Below, piece after piece: positions 34,749 to 44,479 of a stretch of 64,000 nucleotides of DNA. The DNA is from Naegleria gruberi (taxonomy: Eukaryota): assembly GCA_000004985.1 (NCBI GenBank), contig GG738854.1; one strand, given 5' to 3'. The notes under the pieces are model-generated. The model worked only from the letters and a program-made list of their open reading frames with translations, was not told the DNA's origin and searched no databases. Positions within the stretch are counted from its first letter, which is position 1, and every line of letters starts with the position of its first letter. The translations under genes and the position numbers were made by a program.

Positions 34749-37700
34749 TCAATCTCTTTTATTGACAAGTTCAAAAGATGCAACATTAGAATACGATGTC
34801 AAATATTTGCAAATTGATTCACATGATTTGAAAGATTGCTGATTATCAAGAATGAAACTGAGACATGAAATGATTCTATCGCAAGAAACATCATGATTCT
34901 TAAATTCCTGCTCTGAGAATTGTTTCAATATTTGGAATGCATGACCAACATATCCAACAGCATCAGATTGTGAAAGATTTTCATGAGCTTTCCAATATTG
35001 AGTGGTGAAAAGATCAAATACCTTTGAGTATTCTTGGAATTTGTTATTCTTTTTGGAATTTTCCAAAGAGTACAACCATTCGTCATCTTGATCATCTAAC
35101 TTTTGAGCAATGACATCATATATTGTGAAAATTGAATCGTCTGAAGTTTCGGTTACTTTTTGAATCCTATCTAGAGGTCTATACACTAATTTCTGTGAGG
35201 AGGAAATTGAGCAATCGTCAGTAATGATTTTAACATTGAATTTAGAGGCCAATTGAGAGGTCTTTGCCTGTTCAGAAACTGAGCCAACCATACTGAAATA
35301 TCTTGCAGTTGAAGATCCAATATTTCCAACATAACCATCTCCAATAGAAACACCAACCCTGGCTGTGATTTTCTTTTGTAAACTTTCAATTACCTTTACA
35401 ATTTTCAAAGCTGCATCAAATGCCTTTTCTTGAAGTCTTACATCTACACTGTTACTATTCAGTGATAATTGAAATTCATCACATGAGAAGACGTTTAAAT
35501 TTCCTTGAGATAGTTTTACAATTGGACCAAGAAGGTTTACAATATCTCCAAAAATAGTTGTAATACTGTCAGGAGATTTTGATGACAGTCCATCAATTTT
35601 GACATGAATAACTGCACAACCCTTCTTGGATAAACCCATCTTGAATAAATTGGAGGCGTGCTGACCCTTTTTCATTGTGCTCTTACTTGAAAAGTGACTT
35701 CTGGAGGCGTTTGAGGCAGAAATTGAATTTCTTGATATTTCTGCATTCTTTTCCAATTCTTGTTGATTTTCAACATGTTCTAAGTGTTCATTTTGAATCT
35801 GTTCAAATACTGATTGAGGAATGAAAGTTTTAATTTCAGCAAGCCACTCAACTGTATTCTTCAAATTATTGAAAATTGAGTTCACTTCTCTAAACATGGA
35901 ACTGTTATTCGAAACACTACCCAAATCAAGAACTTTGATTCTTTCGAATTGCTTCTCCAAGAACTTCATAGGTCTCGAAACAACTAGTCCAGTAACAAAA
36001 CTTCCAACAATTCCAAGAACAATAATTCCAACAGTGACACCAATAGAAATTGAAGTTGTCAAAATCAAAGCTTCAGTCACCTCTGATTCGTACAAAACAA
36101 AGAAAATGTTCCACTGCATATTTTCCAAAACATACTTGTACGGAGTAATGATATAGCTAACACCATCAGATTCTCCCACAATTTTCATCACAGATGGCAA
36201 AATACTAAATGTTCTATTGTTCAACTCGTAGAATTGTTTCATTAGTGAACCAGCATTTCTCGACTTGACATCAAAGATGTTTGTGCTATTTAAACCATCT
36301 CCTGAAATGGTATCGATGGATCCACCAATGACAATGAAATTGTCCTGAGCTACCAGAACGTAACCTCTTCCCAGTAATTCAATCTTGGAGAGAAAGTTTA
36401 CAATCGTTTCTAGTGAAAGATTAACTTTGGCCAATCCAACCAATGATTTCGTCTTGTTTAGTTTGTAAATTTCTGGATCGTACATTAATTGAGAATAATA
36501 AATGGCAACTGTACTTCCCAAAACCTTGTATGGTTCTCCATACACTCCTTCCAACCCCTTTTCGTAATAGTTTTTCAATGTATAAATGAAGAAATCTTGT
36601 TTGGCAGGTACGTAAGGAGTCAAGTCAACTGTAGAATTGACTTTTACAATGTCTCCTGTGGTGATGTTCACAATATCTCTCAATGGTGCCTGGATATCCA
36701 AGAGGGTAATATGTATCCGTGTTATCCAGCCAACGCTGGATTGAAAGGATTTTGTCAGATGGGATCCACTGTAAGTGGATCCCATCAAGACAAAGCCAGG
36801 ATAAAATGGATAATGGATGGATATTTCCGATTTTATTGGATTCTGCAAAATACAATTTAGTACACAGAAGAGCTGCTATTATTTCAGTTGGCAAACTAAC
36901 ACAGAAAGACTCATATCTACAAGCAACAGATCCAATTCATCACGTGAATCAAGTCAACATATTGGAATTGGTAGAATTGGTAGAATCGGAAGTTAATCAC
37001 AAATTTATTCATCTAGTGATTGTATTAAGAGAGATCAAACAAAAATAACAATAAATGATATGATTATAATTCAAATTGGAAATAGTTGGAAAAAAAGCAA
37101 GATTTAATAGAAGAGTTTGAGTGAATGTGCAGTGTTATTTTCTTTGCAGAACTAATAAGAAATGCACAAGATGGTAAATTGCAAGATCTTAGCCATGAAT
37201 TCCATTGGCTATACGAAAGTTTTGAATCAGTTTAATGATGGTATTGATTGGTTACTCGCCCCCCTTTAATTTTATCCATTAAATCCAGATTTTTCCTTGA
37301 TTTATCTGATTTATCCAGATAAAAATCCACTGGCAGTCGACGGAATCCACTTACATCTGACAAAATCCTTTCAATCCAGCGTTGGCTGGATAACACGGAT
37401 ACATATTACCCTCATATCCAAAAGGTTGATAGGCAAAAACTGGAAATGGATTACTCGTGGTTCCACTAATAGTATAGGTGTATCTGGATGGGAGAGGAAC
37501 ACTGAAGAAGAATCCACAACCAGTAGTTCGAAATTCTACAAACTTTGGAAACAAGTAATTTCTAAACATGGGAATGGTCACAACACCTGTGGTATATTCT
37601 CTGGCCATGGTTTTGGTCAATTTGGCGATTGGTGTCATAACACCATCTAGATAGGTTATAATCTTTCTTCCAGATTCGTTTATGAGCTTGGTCGACAAAT

Positions 37701-37998
37701 CATTAATTGCCTTCTCTGTTACCAGATAAGAAGATAGCCAAACCAATAAACACCCACTTAGAATCATTACTGAAATAATTGAAACAATAAAGAGATTGAG
37801 TGGAATAATACCTGTGCAGCAAGTACGCGGCTGTGTCTTTGGATTGAGTGGTTCTTTGATGGCCACAACGGATGGAGTTGTCTGTTCCTCATACTCACTT
37901 CCTGATGGTGCAACTTTAGTCATTGAAACTGAAGGATGATGATGATGTTTTTTCTTATTGTTTTTCAATACAATTACGAAAGAGCTGCTAATTTGCAT
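34749..37998 (-). CDS. Receptor-type nucleotide cyclase-homology protein (N-cyto - TM - Cache-like extracellular domain - TM - class III cyclase-homology domain); reading frame interrupted by a 712-bp transposon at 36702-37413
   Basis: ORF 37998-37351 gives an N-terminal cytoplasmic segment, TM1 (IIPLNLFIVSIISVMILSGCLLVWLSSYL) and the start of a Cache-like sensor. ORF 36848-34749 continues the sensor, then TM2 (ILTTSISIGVTVGIIVLGIVGSFVTGLVV), then a cyclase-homology domain (..TTIFGDIVNLLGP.. and RVGVSIGDGYVGNIGSSTARYFSMVGSVSEQA). The ends of both ORFs are encoded by the transposon TIRs. Confidence 0.65.
36702..36790 (+). repeat. Left terminal inverted repeat of the MITE-like element (contains internal mini-palindrome GGATCCACTGTAAGTGGATCC)
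   Basis: Exact inverted match to 37413-37354; diverges after a 10-nt insertion. Confidence 0.8.
37330..37413 (-). repeat. Right terminal inverted repeat of the MITE-like element
   Basis: Reverse complement of 36702-36761 and beyond. Confidence 0.8.
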
Positions 37999-38231
37999 TA
38001 GGGAAATTAAAAGTTGTTTGAGGGAAATGATGGAAAGAAGTTTCGCTTATTAGATGCAAACTGTCAATTACTATCAGTTTATTGTATTAATATTAATACG
38101 AAGCAATTGTCTTTTGCCATTAGTATGGAGTGACTGTCAATAAACCTCAATTCTGACTTGGGCAGTACGCATGTTATTATGGATTGAAAACTATTCAACA
38201 AATCTCGTGCTTGAGTACTCTCCAATTAAAA

Positions 38232-39924
38232 ATGTCGGAACCAACTAACAGCAACATTCTGGACGGCACGCAAGAAATTACGTGGGAGGAAACGCCTAAT
38301 AAAGAAGCCGAGGAAATTGAAGAAATACTTCGACGATTTTTGCACTCATTGTGTGATATTTATAATACAAAGTCTAAAACAAATCATACAATCGGTGCTA
38401 TATGTGATACAATTTTCACCAAGAATGGAATTGAGTTGTTTGTTGATAGTTGCACAGAGAGTAAGGCAAAAGGAATTGAAATAATTGAACAATTATTAAT
38501 GATGGAGCCTGCTAATAGTTGTTGTGAAGGGAAAATTATTGAGGAGGAGATTCAACAACTAAATCACAACGACAACACTAGTACCTACAAAAAAGTACTG
38601 GCTGAAGAAAATAGAACATTCTTGGATCAACATAATGTAAAGTTGGATGATAATACTTTCAATTTTTGTGTAAACTTTCAAATATGTTTCAAGATTGAAC
38701 CAACAACCAGTAATATTGCAGACACAACAAGGATTTCCAGATTTGATGGCACTTCTTCATCCAATACTCGAATATTTTCTCTATTCGATCCTTTATTAAA
38801 CTATTCTAAATTCACAAAAGCTGGAATAGAAAACGAGTGGACATATCTGACTTGCATTATTGAAAATGCATGTTTAAGTAACGATCAGCTTTTATTCCAA
38901 ACGTAAGTACTAGTTCTGTTTAAAACAACAACTTTGAAGAGATGGCCCCTTTAACATGGTAGACGAATGTTTGGATCGAGCCCTGAAATTTTGTGACATC
39001 CCATCCTATTCTTTCACGTCATCTTTGAAAAGGGATTGTCATGTAATTGCTTCAGTTGATACCACTCTAAATCACATATGCCTTGTTATAGAACACCAAC
39101 GAGACAATTGCTCTTCCATTTGGAAACACAAAGACTTTGCAAAAATCCTCTTATTGATGAGAACATGTTTGAAATCTTCCATGTTAACAGCTCAAAGAAA
39201 CAGAAAACATTGCCCAAAGCCGTTAAGAACATTTGGAATTTTGTCTTCTAGAGACAATATATTCATACTCTGCATGCAAGCCGATTTACTTTCTGTTGAG
39301 AATGTTCAAATCGAGACTTTTGGAATTGAGTACGCATTGACCTCACATGCATTCTCGTTGAACAAAGAAGAGGAAAGAGAACAATTTATCGAGAAACTTA
39401 CAGCTCATTTAGATTATTTCAGAGCTATTTCTCTTGTTGAAAAGGAATACCAATTTTTGTCATCACCTAACACATCAATAAGCAAATTGAGAAGAGGACG
39501 CTCTGTGATGGTTTATGAAAGTTTTTTAACATCAGATAATAATATGATCAATGTTTATCCACAACTTTCAAGTATGAAAGAATATTTCAAAAATTATGAT
39601 TTTGAATTCAAAAAAGAAATTGGTATTGAAAAACCAATGTTTGAAAAGCAAACAACACATTTAGCGGTTATCCCTTATTCGAAACTGAATGAATTTGAGT
39701 TGAATTCGTACACCAAAGTAATGGTTGTTGGTTTTGTAGCAACAACCAATTTGCAAGGTTTTATATTTACTAAAAACAAAACTTCCAAATTGCAAAAAAA
39801 GGATTCAAATTATACAAAATATACTGCTGATGATGAAGAAAAATTGACAAAGATGATGAAGATTACAAAGAAAAACCAAATACATTCAATAAGAGAAATA
39901 GGAATACCAAAGGAACAGGATTAA
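38232..39924 (+). CDS. Hypothetical protein, probably 2 exons (38232-~38906 and ~38944/38956-39924)
   Basis: Two consecutive same-strand ORFs (240 and 322 aa) separated by a GTAAGT-containing ~40-nt segment; no recognisable domain. Confidence 0.4.
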
Positions 39925-39974
39925 AGAAACAAAAAGTATCAACCATCACCAAAGAAATTAATTACTCTGATAAT

Positions 39975-40781
39975 TTGAAAGAAATAGTTCAAGGATATGG
40001 AATTAATGGTAAAACAGCTACCAAAATACGAAATAATGACAAGATAGCTCTATATTTTAAACTTGAAAGTGGGTTTTTAAAGATAGTTCACTATTTTGAT
40101 AATAGTTCAGAGAATGTGAATGGTATGGAAATTGTCAAATCCATTCAACATGACAATATTAATAAGATTTTTCAATTTAAGAAACACTCTATAACTAGTT
40201 CGCAATTGGATGAATTGTTTTTTGAAAGCATTCCACTTACAACCCAATTAGAACCAACAATTTTTGTAACATTTTCACAATTTGTTGGGGATATTGTTAC
40301 TTTCTATATTTACCTTAACCAGAAAGATTTCAACACCAAGTTATTGTGTTTTATCAAGTTAATGATGGACGCTATTGAGGCAATTAACATTTTACATGAA
40401 AATAACATTATTCATAGTGATATTTCTATTAGAAATGTTGGTGTGTTATTTACAAAACCTGTCATGACAGCTCATGCCAAAGAAAAAAGTACAATACTGG
40501 AACAATTGCCGAAAGTTTCTAACTTTAATTTCATTTTACTTGATTTCAATCATTGTAAAGTGGAAGGACAAGAACAAGCCACATTTCCAGAATGTAACAA
40601 CAATTCTGAAAATATGTTCTTTCCATTTATATCAGAGCCATACTGTCCTCCAAACGAATTAGTTCAATTTACAAAAGAACATGATTATTATAGTATTGGA
40701 TTAGTGTTGGCACAATTATTTTTGACAATTGTTTGCAATGTGCCAATTTCTAAAATTTTTAAATGTAAAAGGGAAATTTAA
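39975..40781 (+). CDS. Atypical protein-kinase-like protein (degenerate catalytic motifs)
   Basis: Kinase-fold landmarks: catalytic-loop-like INILHENNIIHSDISIRNVGVL, DFG-like LLDFNHC, APE-like YCPPNELV followed by DYYSIGLVLAQLFLT. The ORF-track start is TTG, so the true start is uncertain. Confidence 0.5.
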   Translation: MKEIVQGYGINGKTATKIRNNDKIALYFKLESGFLKIVHYFDNSSENVNGMEIVKSIQHDNINKIFQFKKHSITSSQLDELFFESIPLTTQLEPTIFVTFSQFVGDIVTFYIYLNQKDFNTKLLCFIKLMMDAIEAINILHENNIIHSDISIRNVGVLFTKPVMTAHAKEKSTILEQLPKVSNFNFILLDFNHCKVEGQEQATFPECNNNSENMFFPFISEPYCPPNELVQFTKEHDYYSIGLVLAQLFLTIVCNVPISKIFKCKREI

Positions 40782-41295
40782 AAGAAAGAATAGTGAGTGA
40801 GCTCAATAAGAAAAAGAAGGAATTCAATAATATAGGAGTGATTGTTCAAATGTTGAAGGATGTTATTGAGAATGAGGGTAAATCTGAGATTTTCCATTTC
40901 AAGAAAACATTCAACTGCTTTACAAGTACTTGGAGTTTTTGAGCAAATTGGTTAACATTCCAAAGCTGGTCAATTATTTGTTAACAACAATACCCGCATA
41001 CTTCCATGGCATGGAAGACTTGTTTCTACTGGCATATACTCATCTTTGAAATTTAGGAATTTTTGATGAGTAGTTTTGAGTTTCGAATTGTTAAAATCAA
41101 TAATGCCTCAAATTCCTATAGCAGAACGATTGGAAGACTTACATCACAATGAATAATTTTCAAATCATGCAAATCTTTTTTCGATAACATATCAACACTT
41201 CTTTCAGAAAACCAAATTTTGTAATAATAAAGGAAGCGGTACTGAATAATCATAAATTAAAGTATAAATATTCTGAATTATTGTAATTCCATTGG

Positions 41296-44202
41296 ATGGT
41301 GGAAAGAAAACAAAAAAAAATGGCTCCAAAGCGAAAGCTTGATTTTCTAACGATTGAAATTGAAGCTAACCATGATCAACCACCAGTAAAATTATCAAAA
41401 CCATCATCATCATCAGAAGAAGAAGAAGACAATGTAATAATTATTTTGGATGAAACACATGCTTCCGATTGGCTAGAAATTAAACTCCAAAGCACACAAT
41501 TTCTTGTGGCTCTCCTTCCACAATTAGATTCATTTCTACAAGAATTTGGCTACACCATCATTGATGATCCGATGGTGAGAAGTTGTCTGGCTAGAATTAC
41601 TGGAAAATGTTTGTTGCCCAATTCCGAACGTTATGCAGAGTTTGGCAAAATTAATTTAAAAGCACAAAGGCTTATTATTAGTGATAGAACTTTTGTTCTA
41701 CACCTTTCCGATTCGCTGTACAGGCTGGGTGAATCCTATATTCAATCAATAGGAGCAGCTTATCATAATGATATTGATGTGGTTTATCGATACAAAAACC
41801 ATTTAAACAAATTTATCTTCATGAAACCATCAACTGCTATTCAATTGTTAAGAAAAAATCCTCAAACTCTGTTATCGATTCCTGAAAGATTTTATGAAGA
41901 TTCTGAATTTCTTTCAGAGGCTATTTCTACAGAAATAGAACTATTGGAAAAAATTCAAGATCCTACCAAGAATGAATTATTAATACCCCCAATACTACTA
42001 TGTCAAAACAAAGTTCTTACGAAAGCACTTGAACTTGGATTATTCAAGCCAGTTAAAAGTAGTATCCAATACGAAAGTTTAAACAACAGAGAATTAGTAA
42101 TTACTTTACTCAATTTTGGATGTGATGTAATGTTGTATAGTATTTTACAACTTTATTCCAACGACAAAGAAATTTTAAAGATATGTAATGAGAAGTTTCC
42201 ATATTTAATTAACAACAACCAATATTTGAATCTTGTAGAATCTCCAACTAGCTTCAAGTATCTCGACCATGAAACTAGAAACGACAAGGATTTTGTTTTG
42301 AAAATAGTTGAAAAATGTCAGATTTATAATTACCTTTCTTCTGATCTTCAGAAAGATCGTAGTATTGCTTTAAAAGCAGTCCGTGGAAACCCTGGTTATT
42401 ACAAGTACTTACCCAGAGAGCTCAGACGTGACAATGAGATCGCTTGCATAGCAATTTCTAATAATCCAGACATGTACTTTTATGTATCAGAGAATTTGAA
42501 AGATGACCATAATATTATTGAAATTTTCAAAAATAACATTCACAAGTTGAGTCATTTTCATATTGATTTAAGATATTTACCTCCTGATTTTAGAAAAGAT
42601 AAGGAAATAGTATTAAAATCAGTTAAAAGTAGTGGGGAAATGATATTATTGGCATCAGAAGAATTATTAAACGATAGAGAAGTACTTTTATTGGCCTGCA
42701 ACACATATACATACTATTACGACAAGAAAGATTTTAGAATTCCATACTTTATTCCAGAAACATTTCGAAAGGATGCCTCCTTTATGTTAGAAATATCAAA
42801 GACAAATCCTATTTGTTTTGAGTTGGTTCATGAGGAATTAAGGAACGACAAGACTTTTCTATTAGACTTTTTCAAGGTAATTGAACGATTTCTCAACATG
42901 GCATTAACTACAGATGATGATGATTATAACGATCGAGATAACGTTGAAAAATTGATTATGCAAAACGTCTTTAAACTCATTCCTAACAAACTTCTTAATG
43001 ATAGGAATTTTTTATTGGAATCTCTAGAAATTAATGTGACATTGATTAATTTCTTTCCTTATGAATGGGGAAATGATATTTCAGTCATAACATTAGTGTT
43101 GAAACAGAAGCCTGAATATTATAACAATTTAACCAACTTTAGGGAACACAAGGATATTGTCATGCTAGCGCTTGCTGATCCAAATATGAAGATTCCATCT
43201 AAATTCATGTCTGACAAAGATATTGTAATGAAAGCAATGGAATATAATGCATCAAAAACATTTAAAGTAGCTCACAAAAAACTACAAAAAGATAGAGATG
43301 TAATTTTACATTATTTAACGCACAATACTAATAGCTGTTATGGGCAGACCATCAATGATATATTTTTTCAAAATCCAAACCTACGAAATGACCGTGAAGT
43401 AATGCTAGCTCTTTTGCAACATAGAATGTTGCACTTTAAACATATTGACGAAAAATTGAAAAAAGATCCAGAGTTTGCTTTCCAACTGATTGAAAAAAAA
43501 TGTAATGTTGATGTAAGAGGAACTAAAATATCAAAACAAGAACTCATGAAAGCAAATTCCATTGATTCATTCATAGAATTTTATCTCAAAGATGAAGATG
43601 ATTCACACTTTTCTTCTGTCAAGAAACAAGTATTTGGTGCATTAATCAAGCTTTTTTCTAATGAGAAAAGAGTAACAGAATCACTTAAGGTTCACCACCA
43701 AAATTTATTTAAAAATGACAAAGAATTTACATTACAATGCTGTTTGTATGAAGGATTTGGTTCCTGTCTGGGTAACGCATTTGTAAATGATGTGGAGTTT
43801 ATGAAAAGAGCAACTTTATTGAATTTCAATAATGTAATATACTCAAAAGATTTCTTCATGGAATGTTGGACAAGTTACTTAAATGAAAAACTGAATTACA
43901 AACGAATGAGGAAGTGTTTCAATTATTTGAGTAGTCATTCTTTTGATACAACAGGATGGAACGAGGACCCACGATCACAAAGGGTAAACACTTATTTGGA
44001 TTCAAATATTTTGAAAGGTTGTAATCGTGTGACTACTGAAACTAGATCTACTATTTTAAAATTTTTGACAGGTATTTCAATTCTTGAAGAAAAAGTTCTC
44101 ATTCACGAAGAAGTCACTGATGGTCAAAAGATAAAAATTTACTTCCATATGGATCACACAAACAAAAAATGGAAAAAGATTATGCAGAAGCAATCCCTAT
44201 AA
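41296..44202 (+). CDS. DUF4116-repeat protein, 968 aa, intronless
   Basis: At least 12 tandem ~28-35-aa repeats of the form L(R/K)(N/D)D(K/R)E(I/V)(V/A)L.A(V/I)..N...(F/Y).(Y/F) (e.g. LRNDREVMLALLQHRMLHFKHIDEKLKKDPEFAFQLI; LQKDRSIALKAVRGNPGYYKYLPRELRRDNEIACIAI). Acidic N-terminus. Confidence 0.7.
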   Translation: MVERKQKKMAPKRKLDFLTIEIEANHDQPPVKLSKPSSSSEEEEDNVIIILDETHASDWLEIKLQSTQFLVALLPQLDSFLQEFGYTIIDDPMVRSCLARITGKCLLPNSERYAEFGKINLKAQRLIISDRTFVLHLSDSLYRLGESYIQSIGAAYHNDIDVVYRYKNHLNKFIFMKPSTAIQLLRKNPQTLLSIPERFYEDSEFLSEAISTEIELLEKIQDPTKNELLIPPILLCQNKVLTKALELGLFKPVKSSIQYESLNNRELVITLLNFGCDVMLYSILQLYSNDKEILKICNEKFPYLINNNQYLNLVESPTSFKYLDHETRNDKDFVLKIVEKCQIYNYLSSDLQKDRSIALKAVRGNPGYYKYLPRELRRDNEIACIAISNNPDMYFYVSENLKDDHNIIEIFKNNIHKLSHFHIDLRYLPPDFRKDKEIVLKSVKSSGEMILLASEELLNDREVLLLACNTYTYYYDKKDFRIPYFIPETFRKDASFMLEISKTNPICFELVHEELRNDKTFLLDFFKVIERFLNMALTTDDDDYNDRDNVEKLIMQNVFKLIPNKLLNDRNFLLESLEINVTLINFFPYEWGNDISVITLVLKQKPEYYNNLTNFREHKDIVMLALADPNMKIPSKFMSDKDIVMKAMEYNASKTFKVAHKKLQKDRDVILHYLTHNTNSCYGQTINDIFFQNPNLRNDREVMLALLQHRMLHFKHIDEKLKKDPEFAFQLIEKKCNVDVRGTKISKQELMKANSIDSFIEFYLKDEDDSHFSSVKKQVFGALIKLFSNEKRVTESLKVHHQNLFKNDKEFTLQCCLYEGFGSCLGNAFVNDVEFMKRATLLNFNNVIYSKDFFMECWTSYLNEKLNYKRMRKCFNYLSSHSFDTTGWNEDPRSQRVNTYLDSNILKGCNRVTTETRSTILKFLTGISILEEKVLIHEEVTDGQKIKIYFHMDHTNKKWKKIMQKQSL

Positions 44203-44479
44203 CCAAATCATGCTGGATGTTTCAATTTAAATGATTCCTAAATTGATTTGAAAGAAGATTAGAATTGGATTAAGAAACATTACAATTATTGTAAAAATCC
44301 CGAGGACTTCGTATCTCAACTATTCGCTTTCCGAAATTAAGAAATCAAATCTTGAACACTAATTGGAAGATATATCGAATTGGAACTCCTCCTTTATGTA
44401 ATCGGATCCTAGTACTTAACATACTTTAAAACTTGGCCCAAACCACTCTCTAGCACTAGTGTGAAAAAAATAACTCAAA

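Larger units (their letters stand above)
36702..37413. mobile_element. Non-autonomous TIR DNA transposon (MITE-like, hAT- or MULE-type) inserted in the cyclase gene; 8-bp TSD ATATCCAA at 36694-36701 and 37414-37421
   Basis: 60 nt at 36702-36761 (GAGGGTAATATGTATCCGTGTTATCCAGCCAACGCTGGATTGAAAGGATTTTGTCAGATG) is the exact reverse complement of 37354-37413. A further ~15 matching nt follow after a 10-nt indel. Perfect 8-bp direct repeats flank the ends. The interior is AT-rich with short tandem subrepeats and no ORF. Confidence 0.8.

Noticed and set aside
36719-37048. 109-aa ORF lying inside the MITE-like element
   Set aside because: AT-rich, no coding-like codon usage, crosses the internal subrepeats; almost certainly spurious.
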